NCBI GenBank assembly: GCA_016715995.1
Contig: JADJXF010000018.1
Coordinates: 89,819 to 153,818 of the forward strand
Source of the DNA: Flavobacteriales bacterium
GTDB lineage: Bacteria > Bacteroidota > Bacteroidia > Flavobacteriales_F > PHOS-HE28
Length of the DNA: 64,000 nt
Direction of reading: 5' to 3'
In this document: piece after piece, positions 39,158 through 49,255 of the stretch
How the letters are laid out: each line of letters starts with the position of its first letter
Numbering within the stretch: position 1 is the stretch's first letter
Program-made: the position numbers and the translations under genes
The notes under the pieces: model-generated
The model's input: the letters and a program-made list of their open reading frames with translations, nothing else
Told to the model about the DNA's origin: nothing
Databases searched by the model: none

Positions 39158-39880
39158 TTACACAGCCACAACTACTTCCCCAGTTTCGTTGATCACCAAC
39201 TGAGCCCCGGAATGTTCCCGAACCAACGACTGCCCATTGTAGAACGGCTCGATCGTTCTGAAGCGGTGTTGATACAATTCCTTGCCCTGACTGTCAATGT
39301 GGAACCAGCCCTTCTTGTCCAAAGCCGTTGCAATTCCCTTATGATAAGGCCCCAGTTCAAGGTAGCGGCCATCATTAACCGGCTGACCATCGGGGTCAAT
39401 GTGCATGAACAGTCCGTCCATGGTCTTTACACATGCAACGCCGTCTCGAAAGTCTCCGGCATACCGGAATTTATCCGAGTAGGCCGAAGTTCCATCGATT
39501 TGAATGTGATGATAGCTGCCATCGCTCGCCCTCACCGGACAACGGCCCTCTTGAAAGTTCCCACACCATGCGAACGACTGCGAACCCACCCGGCGACCTA
39601 GTGGGTCGATGTGGAACCAGTCGTCTCCAACCCACACTGCTGCTCGGTCGTTGTAATAGCCGAACGCTCGGTCATACCGTTCCGGATAAACTGGTTGGCC
39701 GTGTATATCGATGTGATACCAGCCCTCGTTACCTAGCACTGGGGCCAAGCCCGGTGCATGGAACTTCAGAACGCGACGGAAACGACCTTGCCACAGCGGC
39801 TGATCATGAAACAGGAAGCCCAGACCATCCTTTGCGACCCGGATCGTCCTCCACTCCATGGTTCTATTCTCATCAAGCAT
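39158..39880 (-). CDS. WG-repeat (KWG) protein
   Basis: Repeated G(W/Y)xHIDxxGxxV units (GWYHIDIHGQPV, DWFHIDPLGRRV, GSYHHIQIDGTS, GLFMHIDPDGQPV, GWFHIDSQGKEL). Confidence 0.7.
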   Translation of the reverse strand: MLDENRTMEWRTIRVAKDGLGFLFHDQPLWQGRFRRVLKFHAPGLAPVLGNEGWYHIDIHGQPVYPERYDRAFGYYNDRAAVWVGDDWFHIDPLGRRVGSQSFAWCGNFQEGRCPVRASDGSYHHIQIDGTSAYSDKFRYAGDFRDGVACVKTMDGLFMHIDPDGQPVNDGRYLELGPYHKGIATALDKKGWFHIDSQGKELYQHRFRTIEPFYNGQSLVREHSGAQLVINETGEVVVAV

Positions 39881-39930
39881 GTCAGGCCGGGTTCGTGATG
39901 ATCAATGACGTTCGTTCCTGAACCGTTCAA

Positions 39931-41376
39931 TTACAGATGACACATCCGGATCTTCAAGGCATTCACCTCCTCTTGAGATAGCCCGCAGTTCAACAGGTAC
40001 TGTTCCACGCCGCCCTCTTGCTCAATGATGTCCAACACTATTTGCAAGTTGTAGCCGTACGTATCCGACTCGCTAGCTAAGTAATCCGTCTGCACAGTTT
40101 CGTGGTCGGCTCCGGCGACTAGATGAAGCAATGTGACGATGATGCCCGTACGGTCCTTTCCTGCATGGCAGTGTATCAAAGCCCCCTTGCCGTTTGGCAC
40201 TTCAGCAAGTGCGCGAACTACAACAGAAATACTCTCACGACAAGCAAGCGCAAAGAAGCGATAGGCCACCTGCTGGTTACCCCCCCGCTGGTACTCCGCT
40301 GTTTTGAACCAATCCGGTTGACTCCATGGATCCAATGGAGCATGCACGTATCGGCCGATGGGCCATTTCTCCCGTGGATGGGGATGCTCTTCCAACTCCC
40401 GAGGCGCTCGAAGGTCAACGACCGTATGCACATCATGATCAGCCACCAATGTCGCAAGCATGTCCTCATTCATCAGCGCAGGTGCAGAAGAGCGCAAGAG
40501 ATTTGACCAACGGACCTTGGGGTTGTAGGTGCCGACGGCCCGCAGGTTCCAATATCGATCTCGCTCATAGATCTGTTCACAGGTCGCGCGAACATCGGCT
40601 AGCTTCTCGAAAGCGAGATCATCCAGTGTCTCGTACAACAGATCCAGCAATTCACGCTTCTTCCCATTCATTTCCGGCAGAAACATGGAGCCGCTCAACC
40701 GGTACAACCTTTCGCGGAATGTCCCATCAGTTATGTTCACCAAGAGATTTCTTGGAAGGAACTGGAAACGGTCCTGGGCGATTTTCATATTGAGCAACTG
40801 GACCACACAGTGCAGAGCGATCTGATAGAAGTAGAGGGCTCGATGGCCATCGCTTCTTCGATGGAACGTCGATGCATTGTCGAACTCGTAGATGAACTTG
40901 TCCACTAGGTCCTGGACCGTGCTCGGTCGGTATCCGATACCCAAGACGCCTTCAAGTCTACCAAGCAGGTGGCCCGACCTATCGATCAGAATGGCCTGCG
41001 GGAGAAGGTCACGAGGAATAGCAGACCCTGTCAAATCGCGCGAGAAGGACTCCATGCTCCGATGTATGGAGAACTCAGTCTTCAACCGCATGCCTTGAAA
41101 GAACGCCACCACCTTGTTCCGCATTTCAACCCGCATTACACGATCGGGTTTAGGCGATGCCTTCACCAAGGCGTTCGTCAGCGCTTCGCTACTGAACCTT
41201 TCATCGACGATCAGCGCAACATCGATATCAGAGTTCGGGGTTGCTTCCTGCCGAGCAACGGATCCATAGAGCACGGCAGCATCGATCCCAACAACTCCTT
41301 CGAGTATCGGCCGGAAACCATCAATGATCTGGTGATGCATCATGTTGTTGGTTTCCTCATGTTGCAGGTCATACAC
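39931..41376 (-). CDS. nucleotidyltransferase (Pol-beta/MNT-like) fused to C-terminal Cys-based tyrosine phosphatase domain
   Basis: N-terminus LYGSVARQEATPNSDIDVALIV (GS...DxD NTase motif). C-terminus IHCHAGKDRTGI (CX5R P-loop, Tyr_phosphatase_3-like). Confidence 0.7.
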   Translation of the reverse strand: MYDLQHEETNNMMHHQIIDGFRPILEGVVGIDAAVLYGSVARQEATPNSDIDVALIVDERFSSEALTNALVKASPKPDRVMRVEMRNKVVAFFQGMRLKTEFSIHRSMESFSRDLTGSAIPRDLLPQAILIDRSGHLLGRLEGVLGIGYRPSTVQDLVDKFIYEFDNASTFHRRSDGHRALYFYQIALHCVVQLLNMKIAQDRFQFLPRNLLVNITDGTFRERLYRLSGSMFLPEMNGKKRELLDLLYETLDDLAFEKLADVRATCEQIYERDRYWNLRAVGTYNPKVRWSNLLRSSAPALMNEDMLATLVADHDVHTVVDLRAPRELEEHPHPREKWPIGRYVHAPLDPWSQPDWFKTAEYQRGGNQQVAYRFFALACRESISVVVRALAEVPNGKGALIHCHAGKDRTGIIVTLLHLVAGADHETVQTDYLASESDTYGYNLQIVLDIIEQEGGVEQYLLNCGLSQEEVNALKIRMCHL

Positions 41377-41490
41377 AATGGCCTTGTCTTGTAATCCATC
41401 ACCAAGCTGCGGTAATTGGCTCCGTGCAGCGTCTCTTCAAGGCCGATCTCGTTCACATTCCCAAAATCACCTAGCGACTGCCTTTGTTCA

Positions 41491-42366
41491 TCAGGCGCAC
41501 AACACGGCGAGATCTTTACCCGTGGCCGATACCCACAACTCCTTGCCGAGGAAAGGGCAATCATAGTCCTCTGGCACTGCGTGCCCAACTACTGGCTTCA
41601 ATGGCTCGATGTTCTCCAGAAGAACAGGGCGGCCATCATGCCTCCTGAATTCATCTGCTGCGTCCCGTGCAGCTTCAACAATGCCGTTCCAATGCTCAAT
41701 GGCCTCTGGCGACGACTTGAAACTGAGTTCCTCGATCTCTTTGAAGTGTGCCCACAGGTGGTGACCCTTCACGCGGTCAACACCCAGGTCTGCTGCGAGG
41801 CGAATGATACCGGGTAGTTCGTGCATGTTGTTCTGCATGAACGTGAGTTGAAGGGTAACGCGGCAGTAATAGCCTGATCTCTTGAAGTGGTCATCCCTGA
41901 CCTTGACAAAGCGCCTGACGTTCTCCAACGCTTGCACGAACGTCAAACCCTTCATAATAGACTCCGCCGTTTCCTTGGTTGCACCATTCCATGAGATCTT
42001 CACGTCCGAGGTAACAGGAACGATGAGCGCCGCCCACTCCTCCACTGACTTCTTTGGGAAGGTGCCGTTGGTCGTTAGGTTGATCTTCATCCCCAACTCC
42101 GCTGCGAGCGCGAAGACTTCATCCATCTGACGGTAGAGCAGCGGTTCACCCATTGTCGAAGGGATGATCTCGCGGACACCCATGGCCTTCGCTTGCTCCA
42201 TGATGTCCCGAACCATGGTGAAGGGCATCCGCCTGCGTTTGACACCCGTGCGTTCGTAGAGTCGTTGGATGAAATCGCTGTGCTCACTGTGCTCTTCGCA
42301 CATGGTGCAACTCAGGTTGCAATCCTCTGGATTCGTGTCCAGTGTTATGCGCCACAACTTGCTCAT
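41491..42366 (-). CDS. radical SAM enzyme (small, no SPASM domain)
   Basis: CNLSCTMCEE (CxxxCxxC), SAM motifs STMGEPLL and NLTTNG. ATG overlaps the GT4 stop (ATGA). Confidence 0.75.
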   Translation of the reverse strand: MSKLWRITLDTNPEDCNLSCTMCEEHSEHSDFIQRLYERTGVKRRRMPFTMVRDIMEQAKAMGVREIIPSTMGEPLLYRQMDEVFALAAELGMKINLTTNGTFPKKSVEEWAALIVPVTSDVKISWNGATKETAESIMKGLTFVQALENVRRFVKVRDDHFKRSGYYCRVTLQLTFMQNNMHELPGIIRLAADLGVDRVKGHHLWAHFKEIEELSFKSSPEAIEHWNGIVEAARDAADEFRRHDGRPVLLENIEPLKPVVGHAVPEDYDCPFLGKELWVSATGKDLAVLCA

Positions 42367-43643
42367 GACCGGGCGATCAGTTGCGCATACACGTTCTCCA
42401 GGATCGCACAATGATCCAAGATGGAGGGAACTACGCCAGCTGTCGAGAACAGATAGCCTCGTCGTCCGAGCCGTTCCATTTCCTTGGGATGCATACAGGC
42501 CCAACGCATCTGCTCCCGAAGGTCTTCGATGGACCTATGCCTGAAGAGCAGCCCGTTGACCTGGTGTTGCACATATTCCGCCATGCCACCGGCATCAGCC
42601 GTGATCACAGGAATGCCGCATGCTTGTGCTTCGTGGATGACCAAGGGCGAGTTCTCCATCCAGATGGACGGTACCACGATGCAATCGACCCGGTTGAACA
42701 CTTCGTTGGCGAGGTTCTGGTTCACATATGCACCCATGAAGTGGATGCCCTTTCGAGAAGCACCCATGGCCTGAAGAGCGGCAGTGCTCTGCTGGTCCTT
42801 CGCGCCCCAGACGTAAAGTTCGGCAGCATCACCAAGTCCGTCAAACGCTTCGATGAGCTTGTTCACTCCTTTCGCCGGGATGTGCGTGCCGATATATCCA
42901 AATCGGAACTTGGGATAGGCATCGCGCTTCGTGGTCGCAACCAAGTAATCCGTGGGGAACCCGTAGTCGAGGTACATGACCTTGCTTGCTTCAACGCCGA
43001 ACTCATCAATGAAGCGTGTGCGCAAATACTTGGATGGCGCGATGAAGAGATCCACCGCAGACGCCAATCTGTGCATCTCATCCATTCTTGTCGCGACCCA
43101 TTTTGACCAGTAACCCTCTTCATCGTTTATCCTGCCATCGACACCAGACAATGCCGAAGAGTAGCAGGTCGTTGCGCACTTCCGATCCTCCTGCCCGTCG
43201 CACAGTTCATGCAATCGGCCTTGTCCGAAGTTCCGTTGAAGGAATTGGCCCCGCGGGCACATCAACCAGAAGTCGTGCAGCGTGAACACGATCGGAATTC
43301 CCGCCCTCTCCAGCACATCCACGATGCCTGTGGACAAGTGATTGAGGTGGCCGATATGTGCCACATCCGGCTTAAAGGATCGAACCAACTCTGCGAACCG
43401 AGCATCGAGTTCGGCATGGCGATAACCATCTTTCGCTCTGGGCATGTTCACCAGATGAACCGCAAGTCCCGGATGCACTTCAGTAATCCGGATGGTCATG
43501 TCTGGCGCGAAGGGGTTCTCCTCGCGTGAGAAGACAACCACCTCATGGCGATTGGAGAGTTCTTCGCAAATGGACTGGCTGTAAACCTCGGATCCTGCGC
43601 TGTACAGCGGCGGATAACCGTGTATGACCTTCAAGATCCGCAT
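42363..43643 (-). CDS. GT4-family glycosyltransferase
   Basis: GT-B fold, C-terminal EAQACGIPVITADAGGMAEYV (EX7E-like) motif. Confidence 0.8.
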   Translation of the reverse strand: MRILKVIHGYPPLYSAGSEVYSQSICEELSNRHEVVVFSREENPFAPDMTIRITEVHPGLAVHLVNMPRAKDGYRHAELDARFAELVRSFKPDVAHIGHLNHLSTGIVDVLERAGIPIVFTLHDFWLMCPRGQFLQRNFGQGRLHELCDGQEDRKCATTCYSSALSGVDGRINDEEGYWSKWVATRMDEMHRLASAVDLFIAPSKYLRTRFIDEFGVEASKVMYLDYGFPTDYLVATTKRDAYPKFRFGYIGTHIPAKGVNKLIEAFDGLGDAAELYVWGAKDQQSTAALQAMGASRKGIHFMGAYVNQNLANEVFNRVDCIVVPSIWMENSPLVIHEAQACGIPVITADAGGMAEYVQHQVNGLLFRHRSIEDLREQMRWACMHPKEMERLGRRGYLFSTAGVVPSILDHCAILENVYAQLIARS

Positions 43644-43665
43644 GTTCGCGCCGACCTCGAAGAGC

Positions 43666-44143
43666 TTACATATTCCTTCTGTACTGCCCACCTACCTCAA
43701 ACATCGCCGCCGTCAGCTGCCCTAGGCTGCAGTACTTCGTCGCCTCCATCAGCACGGCGAACATGTTCTCGTTCTTGATCGCCGCCTGTTGCAAATTCTT
43801 GATGGCGGTCGCCGCTTCATCGCTGTAGGCCTCACGCAGGTTCTCCACCGTCGCGATCTGGGCTTCCTTCTCCTCTTCCGTGGCACGGATCACCTCCTTG
43901 GGCAGGACAGTAGGTGAGCCCTTGCTGCTGAGGAAGGTGTTCACCCCGATGATCGGGTATTCGCCGGTATGCTTCAGCGTTTCATAGTAGAGGCTTTCCT
44001 CCTGGATGCGGCTGCGCTGGTACATGGTCTCCATGGCGCCGAGCACGCCGCCGCGTTCGGTGATGCGGTCGAACTCGGTGAGCACGGCCTCTTCCACCAG
44101 GTCGGTGAGCTCCTCGATGATGAAGGAGCCTTGCAGCGGGTTC
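43666..44143. repeat. direct repeat copy 2 (in-gene 3' end of icmF)
   Basis: See copy 1. Confidence 0.7.
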
Positions 44144-47100
44144 TCGTTCTTGGCCAAGCCGAGCTCCTTGTTGATGATGAGCTGGATGGCCATGGCGCGG
44201 CGCACGCTTTCCTCGGTGGGCGTGGTGATAGCCTCGTCGTAGGCGTTCGTGTGGAGGCTGTTCGTATTGTCGTAGATGGCGTAGAGCGCCTGCAACGTGG
44301 TGCGGATGTCGTTGAAGTCGATCTCCTGCGCGTGGAGGCTGCGGCCGCTGGTCTGGATGTGGTACTTGAGCATCTGGCTGCGCTCGTCGGCGCCGTAGCG
44401 GTGCTTGAGCGCCTTGGCCCAGAGGCGGCGCGCCACGCGGCCCATCACGGCGTATTCGGGGTCCATGCCGTTGCTGAAGAAGAAGCTCAGGTTGGGCGCG
44501 AAGGCGTTGATGTCCATGCCCCGGCTGGAGGTAGTACTCCACGTAGGTGAAGCCGTTGGCCAGCGTGAACGCGAGCTGCGAAATGGGGTTGGCGCCGGCC
44601 TCCGCGATGTGGTAGCCGCTGATGCTGACGCTGTAGAAGTTGCGGACCTTCTGCTCGATGAAGTACTGCTGCACATCCCCCATCAAACGCAGCGCGAACT
44701 CAGTGCTGAAGATGCAGGTGTTCTGTGCCTGGTCTTCCTTCAGGATGTCGGCCTGGACGGTGCCGCGGACCTGGGCGAGGGTGTCGGCTTTGATCTTGGC
44801 GTAGACGTCGGGCGGGAGGACCTGATCGCCGGTGATGCCGAGCAGAAGCAAGCCTAGACCGTCATTCCCTTTCGGAACCTCACCATGATACTTCGGGCGC
44901 TGGCTGCTGGCTGTTGGCTGCTGGCCTTTGGCTGCTGGCTGCTGGCCGCTGGCTACTGGCTGCTGGCTCGCTTGCGGATTGGAGCCAGTAGCCAGTGGCC
45001 TGTGGCCAGCAGCTTCCCAACGCTCCTTGACCTTCTTTTCAACCTCTGCTTCCAATCCGTTCTCCCGGATGTATTTCTCGCAGTTCTGATCGATCGCCGC
45101 GTTCATGAAGAAGCCCAACAACATGGGCGCCGGACCGTTGATGGTCATGCTGACGCTTGTGGTGGGCGAGGTGAGGTCGAAGCCGCTGTAGAGTTTCTTG
45201 GCATCGTCGAGGCAGCAGATGCTTACGCCGCTGTTGCCCACCTTGCCGTAGATGTCCGGACGACGACCGGGATCGTGGCCATAGAGCGTGACGCTGTCGA
45301 ACGCAGTGCTGAGGCGCTTGGCGGGCAGGCCTTGGCTCACGTAGTGGAAGCGCTTGTTGGTGCGCTCCGGTCCACCCTCGCCGGCGAACATGCGCGCGGG
45401 ATCCTCGCCGGTGCGTTTGAAGGGATAGATGCCTGCGGTGTAAGGGAAGAAGCCGGGCGTGTTCTCCTGCATGGCCCAGCGCACCTTGTCGCCCCAACTG
45501 CGGAACTTCGGCAGCGCCACCTTCGGGATCTTCAGGTGACTGAGGCTCTCGGTGTGGTTGGGCACCTTGATCTCCTTGCCGCGCACGAGGTAGGTGTAGA
45601 ACTCGCCGCCGTACTTCTCCTCTTCGGCCTTCCAGCCGCTGATCATGGACCAGAGGTGCGGATCCAGGTCCTTGCGTAGCTCGTTGAACTTGGTGATCAG
45701 TGTTTGGACTTCAGGTGTTGAGGTGAATGGTGAATGGGAGCTGGTGACTGGCGAACCCGCATCCACGGCATTTCTCCATTCGCCATTCACCAACGACCAT
45801 TCACCCGCAAGCATATCGGGTCCTCCGAAGGTGATGACAGCAGAGTGCAGCCCATACAGTTGATCAGCAATGTTCGCCTGGGCATCCACCCGGGAATCGT
45901 AGCGGCGATTGTTCTCGCTGATCTCGCTCAAGTATCTGCTCTTCGCAGGAGGGATGATCCACACCTTCTCGCTCATCTCGTCGTGCGCGTGGAAAGTGCT
46001 GTGGAAGTCGACGCCCGTCTTGGACTTGATGGTCTCCATCAACCGCACATACAGGTTGTTGGTGCCGGGATCGTTGAACTGGCTGGCGATGGTGCCAACA
46101 ACAGGCAGCTTGTCATCGTCCGCATCCCAGAGCTGGTGATTGCGCTTGTACTGCTTCTTCACATCGCGCACCGCGTCTTGCGCGCCGCGCTTGTCGAACT
46201 TGTTGATCGCCACCACATCGGCGAAGTCAAGCATGTCGATCTTCTCCAATTGCGTGGCCGCGCCGAACTCCGGCGTCATGATGTAGAGCGAAACGTCGCT
46301 GTGATCGAGGATCTCCGTATCGCTCTGGCCGATGCCGCTCGTCTCGAGGATGATCAGGTCGAAGCCCGCGGCCTTCAGAATCTCCACGGCTTCCTTCACG
46401 TGCTTGCTCAGCGCGAGGTTGCTCTGGCGCGTGGCGAGTGAACGCATGTATACGCGTTCGCCGCGGATGCTGTTCATGCGGATGCGGTCGCCCAGCAGCG
46501 CGCCGCCGGTCTTGCGCTTGCTCGGGTCCACGCTGATGACGCCGACCGTTAAACCTTGTCCTTCCGGGCCTGACCCGGAATGATCGAGGATGAAACGGCG
46601 GATCAACTCGTCCACCATGCTGCTCTTGCCAGCACCGCCAGTGCCTGTGATGCCCAGCACCGGCGCCTTGCTCGCTTCGGCCTTCTTATGGATCTCGTCG
46701 GCGATGGTGGCGAAGACCTCCGGATGGTTCTCCGCCGTGCTGATCAGCTTGGCGATGGCCGGCCAGTTCTGCGGGCTCAGCTTCTTCGCCTCGCCGTTCA
46801 GCTTGTCGCTCAGGTCGAAGTCGGCCTTCTCGAGCATGTCGTTGATCATGCCCTGTAGGCCCATCGCACGACCATCATCCGGGTGGTACAAGCGCGTGAT
46901 CCCGTACGCGTGCAGCTCCTTGATCTCCTCGGGAAGGATCGTCCCTCCTCCCCCGCCGAAGATCTTGATGTGCCCTGCGCCCTTTTCCTTCAGCAGGTCG
47001 TGCATGTACTTGAAGTACTCGTTGTGCCCGCCTTGGTAGCTCGTCATGGCGATGGCGTGCGCATCCTCCTGGATCGCGGTGTTCACCACGTCCTCCACAC

Positions 47101-47257
47101 TGCGGTCGTGCCCTAAGTGGATCACCTCGGCGCCGGTGCTCTGGATTATGCGCCGCATGATGTTGATCGCGGCATCGTGGCCGTCGAAGAGGGAAGCAGC
47201 GGTGACGACGCGGATCTTGTTCTTGGGGACGTAGGGCGGGGCGGAGACGAAGGACAT
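43666..47257 (-). CDS. icmF: fused isobutyryl-CoA mutase (B12-binding domain, MeaB-like GTPase, mutase catalytic domain), one frameshift near 44525
   Basis: B12 domain (...[18 protein letters not shown]...), P-loop [17 protein letters not shown], mutase core [35 protein letters not shown]. The true C-terminus is in ORF 43666-44676. The 1175-aa ORF's last ~180 aa are an out-of-frame artefact. Extra C in ctcc at about 44527. Confidence 0.85.
44885..44960. repeat. short tandem repeat (gctgctggc-type units) encoding a Gln/Pro/Ala-rich inter-domain linker of IcmF
   Basis: ggctgctggctgttggctgctggcctttggctgctggctgctggccgctggctactggctgctggc encodes ...[26 protein letters not shown].... Confidence 0.4.
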
Positions 47258-47327
47258 AGCGCGAAAGTACCGGCGAGAAGGTGAACCCGTGATGCCCTGA
47301 GCATCGTTACGTTCGCCCTTCACGGCA

Positions 47328-48578
47328 TTGGAACCTAGCATGCGCAGCATCCTCCTTCCATTCGCCTTCCTTCCCTTCAGCGTCATGGCCTGCACAGCCT
47401 TCAAGGTGACGCAGGACGGCCGCACCATCGTGGGCTTGAACGAGGATGCCTGGAGCATCAATGCCCAGGTCCGCTTCGAGCAAGGGCGCAACGGCGGATA
47501 TGGCGCCATCTACTTCGCCCACTTCAACGGCCACCCGATGCGCGTGATGAACGACCAGATGGGCATGAACGAGGCGGGGTTGGTGTTCGATGGTCTGGTG
47601 GTGGGCCCAGGGACGGTGAAGCGGCGCACAGGAATGCCCGCTATGGAGACCTCGGATGCGATCAACCATGTGATGCGCACGTGCGCTACGGTGCACGAGG
47701 TCGAGGTTTTCCTGCGCACGGTGAACACCGGGCCAATGGCTGGCATGCTCTTCTTCTGCGATGCGGCAGGCGGCTACTTGGTGGTGGAGCCCGACACGAT
47801 GCTCCTCGGCCACGACCCATGGTACGCGGTGAGCAACTGGCGGATGAGCAATTGCAGCGACCCGGCCACGATCCCGATACCACGCCTGCAGAACGGCCGC
47901 CAATTGTTGACGAGCGGAAGCGGCGCATCGCCCGAAGAAGCGGAGGAAGTCCTCTCCACCATGGCTGCATGCCGCGCGAAGTTGGGCGAAGGCACCTTGT
48001 TCAGCGTGCTCTTCGATCCCACTGAAGGACAGGCGCACCTCTACTTCTACCACGACTTCAGCGAGCGCCTCACCTTCAATCTGGAGGAAGAACTCACCAA
48101 GGGCGACCACCGCGTGGACATGGCCTCGCTATTCGGCCCAAGACCCGAATACGAAAAGCTCAGGGCCTACGTCACGCCCTTCCACCAGCGCTGGTTGTTC
48201 TGGGCGATGCTGGGCTGGCTCGGACTTGCGCTCCTGATTGGCGCGGCATCCTTCGTGCATCTCTGCACCCGCATCATCCTTCGTTTGCGCCGCCGAGCGG
48301 CCGGTTCGCTCATGGTTCCGCTGCTCGGCGCATCCACCACTGCGCTCGTGGCTTTGCTGCTCGGCGTGCTGCTCATGCAAGAAGGGCCGTACTACTTCGG
48401 CTTGGGCGATGTGCATCCCGCCCTGGTCTGGGCGCCCGTTCTCATCGCGTTGATCGGTATAGCCTGGCTGGGCATCGCGAAAAGGAGTGACGCTTCACGG
48501 TTGACGCTCTTGATTGGATCAGCGTTTCTCCTGCCATTGCTATCAGCCCTCACCTATTGGGGTATGCTTCTGCCGTAG
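47328..48578 (+). CDS. choloylglycine-hydrolase-family (C59, Ntn) linear amide C-N hydrolase with C-terminal membrane domain
   Basis: Signal peptide ends ...SVMA then nucleophile Cys (CTAFKV). C-terminal ~130 aa contain 3-4 TM helices. Confidence 0.65.
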   Translation: MEPSMRSILLPFAFLPFSVMACTAFKVTQDGRTIVGLNEDAWSINAQVRFEQGRNGGYGAIYFAHFNGHPMRVMNDQMGMNEAGLVFDGLVVGPGTVKRRTGMPAMETSDAINHVMRTCATVHEVEVFLRTVNTGPMAGMLFFCDAAGGYLVVEPDTMLLGHDPWYAVSNWRMSNCSDPATIPIPRLQNGRQLLTSGSGASPEEAEEVLSTMAACRAKLGEGTLFSVLFDPTEGQAHLYFYHDFSERLTFNLEEELTKGDHRVDMASLFGPRPEYEKLRAYVTPFHQRWLFWAMLGWLGLALLIGAASFVHLCTRIILRLRRRAAGSLMVPLLGASTTALVALLLGVLLMQEGPYYFGLGDVHPALVWAPVLIALIGIAWLGIAKRSDASRLTLLIGSAFLLPLLSALTYWGMLLP

Positions 48579-48637
48579 GAGGTTATCCACCAATCAGGCG
48601 CGGCAGTTGTGCGCAATCGCTTCCGCAAGCCGACTGT

Positions 48638-49219
48638 CTACCCCGCCCGGCGGAACACCAAGCCTAACCAGCCACGGTCCACGCGGATCTCCTGCAGCAA
48701 TCCGTTGCGGTACACGTAGTGGTTCTTCTCCTTGTTGGGCAGCTTCAGGATGTATTCGCCCGGTGCGATGCACTCCACGGCGCACTCGAACAGTTCGCTC
48801 TCCACGAAGACGCTGTCCTGGCCTACCGGTTCCTCGTAATACATGCGCGCCGTGGTCCACGGGTTCTTCGGCAATTCCGCGCTGTACACCTTGTCCGGGT
48901 GAACCACATAGAGTCCCTGGCCGCCGATGGCGCGCATCGTGCTGCTGTCGCGGAGCTCCCCGCTCACATGCACGGTGGTGAGGCAGCTGGCCACCTTTCC
49001 GGAGATGTACTGCGTGCGGGCCACCGTGCGCACCTCCCGCTTCCAAAACATGGTGAAGCTGGAATAGGAGATCATCGAGAACGTCACGCGATCGCCCTCG
49101 GCCACGCGCAGCGCATCGATGGTGCCCAGCACTTTATCGTTGTGCAGGATGTTGAAGACGGCATCCTGCGCAACGCTGGTGCATGATGCAAGGAGAAGTA
49201 CGACGGAAAGCGCGCGCAT
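48638..49219 (-). CDS. hypothetical lipoprotein
   Basis: MRALSVVLLLASCTSVAQ lipobox. Confidence 0.55.
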   Translation of the reverse strand: MRALSVVLLLASCTSVAQDAVFNILHNDKVLGTIDALRVAEGDRVTFSMISYSSFTMFWKREVRTVARTQYISGKVASCLTTVHVSGELRDSSTMRAIGGQGLYVVHPDKVYSAELPKNPWTTARMYYEEPVGQDSVFVESELFECAVECIAPGEYILKLPNKEKNHYVYRNGLLQEIRVDRGWLGLVFRRAG

Positions 49220-49255
49220 CAAGTGGATGGAATGCGCGGGCAATGTAGGCGGATG

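Noticed and set aside
30292-43700. Integrase, transposase or IS element defining the island
   Set aside because: No tyrosine or serine recombinase or DDE transposase motif found in any frame. Mobility is inferred only from the icmF 3'-end duplication and GC shift.
43982-44530. C-terminal ~180 aa of the 1175-aa ORF 43982-47509 (R/H/P-rich)
   Set aside because: Out-of-frame read-through caused by a one-base insertion. The authentic IcmF C-terminus is encoded in the overlapping ORF 43666-44676.
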